NCBI GenBank assembly: GCA_964016885.1 | Contig: OZ024741.1 | Coordinates: 361,398,001-361,462,000 of the forward strand | From: Eledone cirrhosa | Lineage: Eukaryota | Direction of reading: 5' to 3' | Length of the DNA: 64,000 nt | Shown: positions 24,564 through 37,347 of the stretch, piece after piece | Position numbering within the stretch: position 1 is the first letter of the stretch | Layout: every line of letters begins with the position of its first letter | Notes under the pieces: model-generated | What the model saw: the letters and a program-made list of their open reading frames with translations, nothing else | The model's database searches: none | What the model was told of the DNA's origin: nothing | Position numbers and translations under genes: made by a program

Positions 24564-25925
24564 TTTCATTTATTAGCCACAAGGGCCAATAATAATGGTC
24601 TTTATAATGTTATTTTGGAAAAAAAATCTTTCCTCTGCGGAATATTTTTGAAGCATATTAACATTAATATAAATAAGTACATTTTCAATGGTATATATAA
24701 ATACATAAAGTGTGTGTTTATAGGTGTTATAACATGTTATGATATGTTACACACAAGTTACTTATATACCAATAAATGTATCTTACATGAAGTATATTAA
24801 TATATATCAATATATTAATGTAATACCATGCATTCATAGTTGGAACTAATAACTATTATATAATATATACACTGGAAACCAAAGAGTGTCTCCTAAGATA
24901 GAAAACAAAGCAATATATATATATACACTCTTGTGAAAAATAGCTAATACCTAACAAACATCAAGAATCCTTGAATTTTTTTCACCCCTGTTTGAAATTT
25001 TATGTAAATAAGTAACCTTGGAAAGATGAGGACCCTCAAGAAAAGAAAGTAGAATACTTAATCCTAGATTTGTAAATTCGATCTAGAGTGTGACAGTAAG
25101 ACTCTGAAGTTCAGGACAAACTCCATCAGCTAAAATTTCTGAGACATTTAAAACAAGGGAATCTTATTTCTTTGTTAGAAAACATGTTTCTTAATTGAGC
25201 TTTTTTAGAATCATTGAGAATGAGTCATCAATGAGAGATATAGTTTCCCTCACAGGATATTACTGGACAGCTGACCATAAAGTCATGAGTTTGCTCTGTT
25301 CAAATAAATAACCTTGTTATCTTGTTTCCAGCTTACTTGCTTCATAACAAAATGATCAGTTAGGGAGGAAGAGTATTCAACTCTAGAAACATTTAGTTCA
25401 ACTACATACAATAAATTCAAGTTAGTAATTCATATAATTAACCCTACTGTTATGATCATATAACAGCTTAAATTACTCACAGTAAGACTATATGCATGCT
25501 CATTGTACATAAACATAGTGTATATGACTTCATATACACTATTATAATAAATTCAAATTCTGAAACAACCATCATAGCCATTCTAGTATGGATATAACAC
25601 ACACAAACAGGAAGCGCAATAGATTGTTAATGAATAACAGTAGTAGAAATGTTTATACAGTACTGACACATTTTCCTACAGCCTTGTATAATAAACTATT
25701 ATAAATGCTCAATTATTTCACTTTCATGTGAGATGTGATAGCCAGGTTATTGTGGGTAGTGAATTCTAGATTACTGTGTCACAAAATAAAATCCCACTGC
25801 AGACATTGCATTGTTTCCTTGAGCAAGATACTCAACTCTTGCCTACGGCTTTATGCTAAGTAAGAAATTATTCACCTTACATGCTTTCTGTTTTATAAAT
25901 CTTATCTGAATATTTTTTTTTATTT

Positions 25926-25997
<72 letters not shown>

Positions 25998-26020
25998 TAC
26001 ATACACAACACACACATATA

Positions 26021-26086
<66 letters not shown>

Positions 26087-26114
26087 TATATTAACACACA
26101 TCGCGTGTCATTTA

Positions 26115-26145
<31 letters not shown>

Positions 26146-28456
26146 GGCAGTGGATTGGCAGTATCGGTAGAGGGTCGGACTCCATGCTTTGAAGTATAGA
26201 GTTACCTCCCTGTATGATCTGAGTTCAAATCCCGCCGAGGTTAACTTTGCCTTTCATCCTTACGGGGTCGATAAAATAAAGTACCAGTAATGCACTGGGT
26301 AATTGCTGGCCTTGTGCCAAAAGTAGAAACAATTATTATTATTATTATTACTGTTTGATTATTTTAATGCAATAAAATTATTTACAATTATTGTTTTGAT
26401 TATTACATGAATAAAGTTATTAACAATTCATTGTTTTGGTGCCTTTATTTTAGTTTTTTGAAACCTTTCACAATAGCAGTGGATCTTCAACTGAACTTTC
26501 AGTTCATTTAGTGTTGTCAGAAAGACATTAAAAACATCCTCATGTAATCACAAACATGGTTGTGTTTTTGAGGAATCTACTTTGCAACTACGTAGTTTCA
26601 GCTTCACTCCCAATACCAGTGACCTCTACCAAAAAACAAAGTTAGCCACTTCACTAAATCTACTATTGCAGCTGTTTAGATCCCATAACTCAGTAGTTTG
26701 ACAAAAAGATATCAATAAAGTAAATACCAAACTCGAAAAATATGTACTGGGGTTGATATGCTTGACTAGATCCCTTGAAAGTGGTGCCCCTGCATGGCCA
26801 TAATCAGATGATTGAAAGAAAAAGAAAATAAAAGAATACATTATCAAGCAAAATGAGAGTTTATAAGAGAGTTCAATAAATTCAATTGCTGAGAGGAATT
26901 TAATTGAGAGGTCACAGCTCTGATGCAGGCATGTGGTTAGAATGTCTCAGGAAAGAATCACTGGACAGAATTTACTGACAAAATCAACCAGCAGGAGACC
27001 CAGGGGTAGACCCCGTGCAAGACGGTTGGATAACATCCATGAGCTTGGCTGGTCACACTTGGGGATCCAGCCAGATCAGTTGGAGGCAGTTGCTTCTGAC
27101 AGAACCCGTGGGAAGGAGTGTTTGAGGACTCTGTTCCCACGACCCTCCCAGGAATAAGTGGGTGAAGAAGAAGAGTAAGGAAAGTAAGAGAAAGTGGTGC
27201 AACCAAAACCAAAAAGCTATCAAATGATGAATAATTAAAGAAACTAATGTGGACAACAAGTACAAGACAGTGTAGTCTGTCTAGGTTGATAATAGACACA
27301 CAGTCCCTTGGGATATAACTTATCAATGCAACTGAGATAATATATACTGTAGTTCAACCATTCTTTTATATTACTCTTATTATAAACTAAATGAGAAACT
27401 TATATACACAGCTGATCAAACCATCCAAGAAATATTAAAAACTCTGTACCCAACATTTTACATATCATCTCGCAACTATCAGCAAATGAAAAAAAACTCA
27501 AAAATTCCTTGAGTAACTGTGACAAAGTTAACACATGCCCTCTAAATTCGAGTTATTTAACTAAGAACATTATTTTTCAATATACTGTCAATTTTTATAA
27601 CTCTCAGAAAATCTATATACACATAGCCTCAAACCTTTTTGAAATAAGATATAGTACACATACATATTCTTTTAGTAATCCAAATAAAAGAAGGATCCAA
27701 ACTTTTTTATCTAATTACATTTGGACAATGAAAGATTGGTCACTCTCATATTCTCTCAAGTAGAGCATTTTATCTAAAGCTAAATATTTTAGAAGGAATT
27801 CAAAACTCTGCAATCATGCACTTCAGAGAGTTATGAGATCCCATTTTCCAAATACCTCACTCTTAACTACTACTCAGAAAGAATAACTACATTATTGCTA
27901 ACAATACAACACAAACCAATTCCACCATCACTGAAATTTATTTCATTCTTGTATTTTGTGAGACCTATCTCAGTATATTAACAGTATATTATTGACTAAT
28001 GTATATCATTTGTGTGTGGGGAGGGGGGGTACTTATATATGGGTTTCCTAAGAGCTTCATTGAGAGGGGAAAACAAGCAGTTAAGTTTTTGTTTTTTTGT
28101 ATTTTTGGGGGGTTTTTTTTTGTTCTCCAACAGTGTTAGTAAGGTAAACAATTACAATATAAAAGACTAAATATAGCCATTAAAGAAACATTCAAAACTG
28201 TTATATTCACTCTTCATTTATTTTGTTGTGATAACATTTTTGTCACATTGATTTTGACTTGATCACTGATACAATTCCACCGAAATTGTGTAATTGTATC
28301 AGTGATCATCCCCTGTTAAAACAGGGATTAACCTTGCAGGCCCAATGACAAGCTTCTTCATTTTGGTCTCCCCTTTACCAACCCCCAAAGAGTACAATCA
28401 AAATTATAATCCCACAAAATAAATGAAAAGTGAATATAAGTCCTTGTGTGTGTTTT

Positions 28457-28785
28457 ACTCTTTCACAATGTAATTGCCAGTTTCAACAAACAGTCTCAAA
28501 TCAAGTTACCTGCCAAACATGTACAACTGCAGCTAAAATTTCTCTTCCATGGTGTAATTGTTTTAGTTTCAACATACAATCTCAGATCAAATCACTTGTC
28601 AAACATGAACAACTGCAGCTAAAATTACTCTTTCACAATGTAATTGCTTTGGTTTGAACACAGTCTCAAATCAAGTCACTTGCCAAACATGTAGCTAAAA
28701 TTCTTCTTCTGTGGTGTAATTGCTTCAGTTTCAAAATAGTCTCAGATCAAGTTACTTGCCAAACAAGTCTAACTCTACTAAAATT
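28457..28785. repeat. Four-unit minisatellite (about 76-86 bp units, A-B-A-B)
   Basis: Units start at about 28457, 28541, 28627 and 28703, sharing tgtaattg...tctca(a/g)atcaa...gccaaaca...gctaaaatt. Confidence 0.85.
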
Positions 28786-30152
28786 AGGAAGGTAAATAAA
28801 CTGAAACGGTGTCAACCAAGATTTAAATGTTGACCTAATTTTTGTCATCAGATGTTTCTTGTTTTACTAGAAATTATTGATTTTTGTTTTGTTTTTTGTT
28901 TATATTACAGGTTAGCTGGGGGGGGGGGGGGTATTCCCAAACCAGGCCCCCAAAGGTCAAATAGGGCTGGTACACTGAGTGATGGATATAAGTAAAAGAG
29001 CAACCATAAATATTTATAAGAGCTAAGTGGCTTTGTTTATAGATTTTGTTATTTACTAGGCTGTAGTTTAGATACATAGAATCAATAATTGTTTCTACTT
29101 TTGGCACAAGGCCAGCAATTACCCAGTGTATTACTGGTACTTTATTTTATCGACCCCATAAAGATGAAAGGCAAAGTTAACCTCGGCGGGATTTGAACTC
29201 AGAATGGCAAGGACGAATCAATAATGATACTGTAAATCATTGTTTTTATTTTCATTTGTTTAGAGATCAGTTGGGCTTCAACTACTGATATGGTACTTAG
29301 AATTCTAGCTTGAATTTCAAGGCTCTCAAAATAGTATCCCAAAATTTGACTTTTACACAAGTATATATATATACATATATGTACATTGTTTTCTTAGTTT
29401 TAGTCATTAGACTGCAGCTATACTGGAGCACCACTTTGATTTAATTAATCAAATTAATCGAAATATAAAAATTTTGCAAGTTAGATACTTACTTTATCAA
29501 TCTTTTTATGTCAAACTGTTAAGTTACAGAACACAGACAGTCAAATTTCCATATCTGTGACATTTCTGGATAGGCATGCTTGGAACACATGGTTGAACAT
29601 CATAGATTGTTTATTTGTTCAATTTGTATCTTCTAATATTTGATATATACATATATATATATTTTTAAAAAAAGGAAAAGAATGACTTCATTTTGATTTA
29701 ATTTTATAATATTATGATTTTACAATTTGGTTTTGTAGATATAGTAAGTTCTTTGTTAACTTTGGTGGGGAGATTTTTAAAGATTCCTGGAGAACTTTCT
29801 CATATTCGTTGGTGGTGATTGTCAAACTGAGATCAGGTTATGTTGTGATGTGTGAATCTATATAAAGAGAGATTTTGGTGTCTTGGGGAGGGGGGGGGGG
29901 GCTTTTTTAATGAGTGTGGGAGTGAAGGAGTGTTGGTGAATATTTAAAGGAATTATATATATATATATATAATTATGTTAAACGCTCATGATGACATATA
30001 TATATTAATAAAAGATTGGAGGCCATATTCAGTTGATTCAGATTTATTTAAAACTCTGTTATACATATTTCACTGAGGACTATATATATATATATATATA
30101 TATATAGTCCTCAATGAAATATGTAAAACAGAGTTATTCTTATATATATATA

Positions 30153-30438
30153 AGAATAACATTAAGGAAGATGCTGTGGTTATATAAAGCATTTATACAT
30201 CATAATTATTTCTATGGCTACCCTTATGCAATACATTTGTTGCTGGTATGGGAGCGATTTCTTCAGATGAATATTTGTTTTTGCCTGCAGCATATCACAA
30301 ATATTCATCTGAAGAAATCGCTTCCATACCAGCAACAAATGTAAATACTACATCTTGGATTGCACAAGGGTAGCCATAGAAATAATTATAATGAATAAAC
30401 ACTTTCCTTAATCACAGCATATTCCTTAATGTTATTCT
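30153..30438. repeat. Long inverted repeat (fold-back)
   Basis: 30232-30278 pairs with 30297-30343 (47 bp, one G.U); outer arms extend imperfectly to 30153 and 30438. Confidence 0.9.
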
Positions 30439-31374
30439 AGTACTGAATCTTGATCGTAACTACACACTAAAAATGTAGAGAGCTTTCTCCTGTTTTTTAC
30501 CAAAACAACATTTTTACTGAACATATATATGCGTGTATGTGTGTGTTAAACACCGATGGTGATGTAACTATCTATCTATCTATCTATATATATATTTATA
30601 TATAATATAATCAGGTTAAATCTATACATATATAATGTATATTGATTAAGTTACTCCACAAAGAAAGAACAATGGACATTAAGTTCAGAGATAATTTATA
30701 CAAATTTAAACGCTATATGAAAAAGTCTCTTTCATATATCTAGCTGAGAAACAACTGGTATCATGTACATACATATAATTGTTTCTACCCTTTGGCACAA
30801 GGCCAGCAATTACCCAGTGCATTACTAGTACTTTATTTTATCGACCCCGTAAGGATGAAAGGCAAAGTTAATGATAATAAATGTACTTACTCATAGAAAG
30901 AATCAAGTCAAGATTGTCTAAAGTTCACTTATACGGTCATTTCATGATAAATTCCAGAATATGATGTCTATAATCAATCTAATGATTGGGTTCAATCACC
31001 AATCATTGTTCTTATTAACAAGTATCAAGACCAAGGAACATCATCCATCAGTAAGTGCTTAAGGTCTTACTATATATATCTCACTCTGTACATTAGCTAA
31101 TCTACTGCCTAAGGAAGACGATCGAATATAACTAATGTCTCCCAGAAGGCAGATATGGCTGGTTAGGTTAAATCAATACATATAATACGTATATTAATTA
31201 AGTTACTCAACAAGTCAAGCCTAGAGCATAAAATTTATATAAGCTCAATGAACATTAGTTGAGAGATAGCCAGAAATAAGTACATACATATAGAAAGAAT
31301 AAAAAATATTTACTCACTTGAAGAATGAGCCAAACATTTTCCAAACTTCTCCTACAAGTAACTAATTAATATAC

Positions 31375-32330
31375 AGTGTCTCAATGTCCTGTTTGCTCAG
31401 GGAGTTCTGTACATTTGGATGCAATAGTATCAGCATACCTGGTCTTGACTTCCTTATCCACCAATGCTTCCCACTTGATCCCGCTGGTTGCCCTGGACCT
31501 GACAATTTTGTGGGCTTCTTTAGCTTTAGTTAGTGTCAAGTTGCAGATAACTAGATGGCGATCAGTTGACAACTCAGCCCCTTTCATATGACAAACATCC
31601 AGCACAGAATCAAAGAAATCAGAGGCAATAACAAAATCAATTATTGATCTGTCTCTGATTCACCTTATACCATGTATATTTGTGGGTGTCTGTGCTGGAA
31701 GGAGTTTATAATAGAGAGTCCATTGCTAGAGCAGAAGTCTAGTAAGGCCTCTCCTTTTGATTTTAGACTGGGATTGCTGTTCCTTCCAATTACTCCTTTC
31801 CATGTCAGGTGGTCAGTGCCAACATGTGCATTGAAGTTTCCCATCAGGATATATGACTCAGTCTTAACTACATCTAATGCTGCAGCTACTTCATCAAGGA
31901 AGGATCTGTGTTCGGACTCTTTATTTGGTACATAAACTTGCACCACCCACAGAGAACTATCTTTCAGCCCAAGCTTTAAGAGGCAAATCCTCCCTCTTAA
32001 TGGGATCCAGTCCATAACACATTCTGACAACTAGGGGCTTGTGAGTATCTCCACTCCCATCTGTGCAGTCATTTCTAGCGCCACTCCTGTTTCCATCCTC
32101 CATCCAAATCTAGTATCAGAGCCATGAAACTTTGTTGAGGAAACCCCGACTACATATAGCCAGTAGCATCTAGCCTCATCCACAAGTTTCTGCTCCTCAC
32201 CTGTAAGGGTTGTGGTGTTCCAGGTTCCAGTTGTCAAGGTTTGCTCCCTTCTGAACCCTCTTTGGGGGCTCGGAATATGCAACCTTTGTGCGTCCATCCC
32301 ACACTTCTCAGAAGAGATCACAGGCCCATC
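31375..32330 (-). mobile_element. RTE-like LINE AP-endonuclease fragment
   Basis: GTWNTTTL, VQVYVP, GNFNAHVG, STDRHLV motifs with stops and frameshifts. Confidence 0.8.
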
Positions 32331-32764
32331 ACCAATTTTTGCAGCATGAAATGGAGACTACAATATATTTTTCAAACAGGCCCCTCTACCTAAGGCCTGA
32401 ATGTGTCCCTTGTTAACCCGTGCAAAGGATGATGCAATATGGTTCTTTTTTGTTTTCATCATATTGCAGTTTCAGTGGTCTTATTCGTGCCAGCTACCAA
32501 TCTGCTACTTTGTCAAACCCATGAAGACTAGGCTTTTCTTGGCAGAGCTGTTCTGCTAGAGAACAGGTTGCAGATGATGGATAGCAATATGGCCACCAGA
32601 TATGATGGCTAGTTGATATAATCAGGCAACTGACAGATGAATAAGCAACTGATAAACTACTAGGGGAGATGGAGCAATGGGTGACACCTGTAGCTCACAA
32701 CCCAGGGACATAGCTACAAGGCAAGTGAAGGCTGCCACTATATATATATATATATATATATATA

Positions 32765-33149
32765 CGAGGGTAATCCCAAAAGTAAGGTCTCCAAAGCAAT
32801 GGGGACGCAAAGAAACTGTTCGTACGGCTGTTGGCAACATTGTTGTGATTGGTGCTTCCTTCACTCCCAAACAAGAATGAGCACGCTTCGCTGGGATGCT
32901 CAATCTTGGCTTGGCAGTCGTTCAGAATGGAGCCCCCATTGAACACTACCGCCAAGTGCAAATTTCGTGCAGTTATTATATACGAGGGCAATCCCAAAAG
33001 TAAGGTCTCCTTCCAAGGAAAACGTGCGTAAAGGTCGGCGGATCACTCTGGATGCTCTCTGCATTTTGGTTCCTGAGGTTCCCCGAAGCACCATCCACAG
33101 GATTTTAACAGAAAAGTTGCAATATCGGAAGGAGACCTTACTTTTGGGA
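32765..33149 (+). mobile_element. Internally deleted mariner relics (two left TIRs, one partial right TIR)
   Basis: TA-cgaggg(t/c)aatcccaaaagtaaggtctcc at 32763 and 32981; inverse ggagaccttacttttggga at 33131; transposase bits CKFRAVI and RRITL...RSTIHRILTEKLQYRK. Confidence 0.78.
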
Positions 33150-33466
33150 GGCACATGGCTTAGTGGTTAGAGCATTGGCCTTGCAATCGAAAGGTCTCAG
33201 ATCGGGTGATGTGTTGTTTCCTTGAGCAAGACACTTTATTTCACATTGTTCCAGTTTACTCAGCTGTAGAAATGAGATGATAGGGACTGGGGTCTCTATC
33301 ATTCCACTGCAAAAAAGCACCCAGCACTCACTGTAAATGAGGTTGGTGTTAGGAAGGGCATCCAGCTGTAGAAATCAAGCCAGAATCAGTTCCAGTCCCA
33401 CCCTTGCAAGCAGGGAAAAGCGGACGTAAAATGAAATGATATATATATATATATATATATATACAT

Positions 33467-33502
<36 letters not shown>

Positions 33503-33734
33503 TTATATGAAGGTGCATGGCTGAGTTGTTAAAAAATTAGATTCGCAATCCTGAGGTTGTGAGTTCAATTCCCGAACCGGGCGATGCGTTATGTCCTTGG
33601 GCAAGACACTTTATTTCACATTGCTCCTTCTACTTAGAGTTGCGACCAATAGATAGTATTAGCAATTGGAAAGGCCATTGGAAACATTTTTTACTTGGTC
33701 TGATTTGACGAAAGTCGATCGACTGTCGATATAT

Positions 33735-33780
<46 letters not shown>

Positions 33781-33782
<2 letters not shown>

Positions 33783-34378
33783 GAAAGACAACAGCTGTAT
33801 AAAAAAGTGCAGGGCAATCAAAATTGATGGTAGTTACGGAGTAGGTAGACCCAGAAAAATCTGGGACGATCTGATAAATTCCAACCTCACACACTTGCAC
33901 CTCTCTAAGACAATGTCACTGGACCAAGATCTTTGGCGCTACGCAGTAATACAGAAGACCCGCCTTGCCTATGTACAAAGCGAAACCTACAGTCAGTAGG
34001 CACCTCTTAACCAAATATACACCCCAATCTACTACCCCTACCCTATCCTCCCACCAACACCACCCTCTCTCTATAAAGTTGGTACCACAACATCCAGTCC
34101 AAATAAATGAGATCGATATCAAGATCGTGTAGGTGTCACGAGAAAAAACACAGTCCACGCTGTAATGTGGTCGTGTAGGTAACACGGTAAAAAGTTCCCA
34201 GTTCCACACTGTAAATGTGGTTGGTGTTAGGAAGAGCATCCAGCCGTAGAAAACCTGCCAGATAGTCCTATATGAGCGAGACACGGTCACCCGACCAACG
34301 TTGCCTCAAATGGGACAACTCCCGTCTAACCCATGCTAGTGTGGAAAACGGACGTTAAACGAAGATGATGATGATGAT
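33781..34378 (+). mobile_element. RTE-clade LINE 3' end
   Basis: Similar to 10180-10768; GRPRKIW; (GAT)n tail. Confidence 0.88.
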
Positions 34379-34401
34379 ATATATATATACATGCATACAC
34401 A

Positions 34402-34632
34402 TCATCATCATCATCGTTTAACGTCCATATTCCATGCTTGCATGGGTTTGGACGGGAGTTTTCCCACTTGAGGGAAGAGTGGTTGTCTTGCTCGCATAGG
34501 ACTGTCTGGCTGGTTTTCTACGGCTGGATGCCCTTCCTAACACCAACCACATTTACAGTGGAACTGGGAGGTTTTTACCGTGTTACCTACACGGCCACAT
34601 TACAGCGTGGACTGTGTGTTTTTTTGTCGTGA
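34402..34632 (-). mobile_element. RTE 3' tail copy
   Basis: Reverse complement of about 10520-10760. Confidence 0.85.
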
Positions 34633-34687
34633 CATATATATATATATACACACATAGATATATATCTATATACACATACACACACTC

Positions 34688-34718
<31 letters not shown>

Positions 34719-35578
34719 AGAAGCAAGCAAGACACGGTCATCTGATCTGACTTGTCTCACAACTGAACAATTCATCTAACCCATGCTAGCATGGAAAATG
34801 GATGTTAAACTGCAATGCTAATGACAATGCATACATACATAGACATGTATGTGTGTATATCTATATATATATATATATAGATACACACACATACTCAAAT
34901 ACCTGTTTCAGATGAAGCGCCGAGGCCATGCTGAGGTACCATCATTCTTGCTACACTTTCTATAGCTGCCCTTATTTTTGTGTCTATCATGCTATGGGCT
35001 CATCTAGGATCTTAGTAGAATGTCCAGATGCTTCTTGAAAACATTTACAACCATACTATGTAGATCTCTCAAGTTTTTTGGCATCATATTAAAGGGTTTC
35101 AATATAACTTAATGGCTTGACTACAGAGATCAATAAAATAATACTACAGTTAATATGATTGACTAAAGTCCCTTCAAGGTAGTGCCCCAGCAGGCCTCAG
35201 TCATATTTTTGACTGGAACCAATAAAAGAAACGTTTTCACCTTCAAAGCTGCCATAGTCCCGAACCAGAATAATAGCTCCTCAGTATGCTGGCATGGCTA
35301 AGTGGTTAAGAAGTTTGTTTTGCAATCATAAGAGCCAAGATTTGACTTCACTGTGTAGCATCTTGGGCAAGTTTCCTTACCCAAGCCTTGGGCTGACCTA
35401 TGCCATATGAGGGAAATTGGGGACACAAGAAACTGTGTAGAAGCAAACCAGATGGATTATACATGTAATTCAAAGATCCAGCCTTATGTGTTGATTCACC
35501 TTGGGGAATTACATTAATGGTAGACATGTCTATGGAATACACAACCACTTACTCATTAATTAATGAGTTGGACATTAT

Positions 35579-35911
35579 GGAGGCACATGGCTTTGTGGTT
35601 AGAGCATTGGCCTTGCAATCGAAAGGTTGTTAGTTCAATTCTCAGACCGGGTGATGTGTTGTTTCCTTGAGCAAGACACTTTATTTCACATTGCTCCAGT
35701 TTACTCAGCTATAGAAATGAGATGATAGGGACTGGGGTCCATATCATTCCACTGCAAAGTGGTCGTGGCGGTGCCATGGCAAAAAAGCACCCAGCACTCA
35801 CTGTAAATGAGGCTGGTGTTAGGAAGGGCATCCAGCTGTAGAAATAAAGCCAGAATCAGTTCCCGTCCCACCCTTGCAAGCAGGGAAAAGAGGACGTAAA
35901 ATGATGATGAT
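35579..35911 (+). mobile_element. tRNA-derived SINE family C with RTE-like tail (copies 33147-33440 +, 49121-49462 -)
   Basis: Three near-identical ~330-bp copies; tRNA head, shared core, ggacgtaaaatgat tail. Confidence 0.85.
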
Positions 35912-36842
35912 TCAGTTGATCAAACAACCAATGGAGTACCCCACCACACACTAATCAATACTGTAACATCAATCAAGGTATTATAATTTGTAACAAACAG
36001 GAACATATTTGCAATTACAAATACTGATACACTTTTATTTTATTTTTGTGCTACTTTCATTCATTAGACTGCAGCCATGCTGAGGCACCACTTTGGATTT
36101 TAGTCAATCATATCAACCCCAGTATCTATTTTATTGATCTCTTTTTGTGTCAGACTGCTAAATTACAAAACATAAACAGACACATTTCTGTCTACCACAT
36201 TTTACTCATTCGTCAACCCAAAGCTATAGTGAAATGCACTTGCCCAAAGTGCCACACAATGAGGCTGAACCCAAAACATGGTTGCAAAGCAAACTCCTTA
36301 AGCACACAAGATCTGTACTTATAACATACATTACATTCACTATAATAATAAACAATAAATGCATTTTTAATTACCATCATCACCAGTAAAGCTTTCAAGC
36401 TTAATCCTTTCAGGAGAAGGAAAAAAAAATTCCATTTATATTTAAAATTTTATTTTTCATTGATCTGATTGTAAAGACTTTACATTTTTTAATTATGATG
36501 CTATGATGATGATGCCTTTTGCAAATGATCAACATGTGCAGAAGAAATGACATTAACTTAAGCAATTATGAATAGAAAAGTATTTTAGACAATTGTCTGA
36601 CAAATGCTATCCTGCATATGTCAGTTGTAGTGAAGTGGAAAAAAAAAAAAAAAAAAAAATGGCTGAAAAGAAAAATAGAGAAAAATAATTAAAAAAAAAT
36701 TTGATGTATGACTTTACAAATCTACACATCTTTTTTTCAAATTATGATCATGGTGACACTATGAATTCAAAGACAACTGGAAGCTACCATTCCTTCTAAG
36801 AGATGATAATCTAATGTAGTTTGTATACTCATAAAACATCTA

Positions 36843-37058
36843 TTAACCATTTTGATAGCAAACCACCTGCAACCAGCCCTGGTTTTATGATACAAAGCTG
36901 TTTATATTTATCTAAAACCTTAGAATATAATTTTATGTATGATTCTTTAAATTATGTTCTAAACACTTGATTAAGAACAAGAAAGTTATTTTACTAAATC
37001 CTTTCAAATTCTTGAAAATCGGTGTCTTTGTTTAGAAATATGGTCATGAAAGGGTTAA
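36843..37058. mobile_element. Older TTAA-flanked MITE family B (also about 15608-15757, 18273-18812, 19507-19742, 38002-38246, 43563-43758, 48668-49046, 55595-55814, 57827-58061, 60210-60450)
   Basis: ttaacc(c/a)ttt...aaagggttaa ends with shared internal motifs (tctatgatacaaa, aaagttagttatattactaaatcc). Confidence 0.7.
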
Positions 37059-37136
37059 AGAAAGCTCATAAGAATAAAAAGACATTTTCTATAGACTGTT
37101 TTCCATCCAAATATTTGAAAGGTTATGTGTATGTTT

Positions 37137-37347
37137 TAACTCTTAACATCCTGTACCACAGGAAACCGCAATAGCAAGACATTCTTGACAAGCACAAAAC
37201 AGCACTATAACTGCATCACAATAAAAATTGAAGTCTTTACTGTAATTATGCTGACTTTCACAATTTGTCCACAAAGATATTATAAACATTTGAATTAACA
37301 AATCTGCTTTTAGACATCATCAGCATCGTCTCTGCTAAATCATTAAA
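37137..37347. mobile_element. TTAA-flanked MITE family C (also about 14882-15280 with nested SINE tail, 59397-59596, 63042-63250)
   Basis: Ends ttaactcttaacatcctgta / tacaggatgttaagag; shared gcaagacattctt..aaaacagc core. Confidence 0.65.

Noticed and set aside
20479-26097. Low-complexity ORFs (poly-I, poly-L, YIYI)
   Set aside because: Translations of microsatellites
28457-28785. CRISPR-like array
   Set aside because: Whole units are homologous with no unique spacers; eukaryotic context and no cas genes
28800-28862. Additional hammerheads at other CTGATGA/CTGAAGA words (also 2564, 12610, 19462, 38707)
   Set aside because: No properly placed stem II, GAAA and stem I
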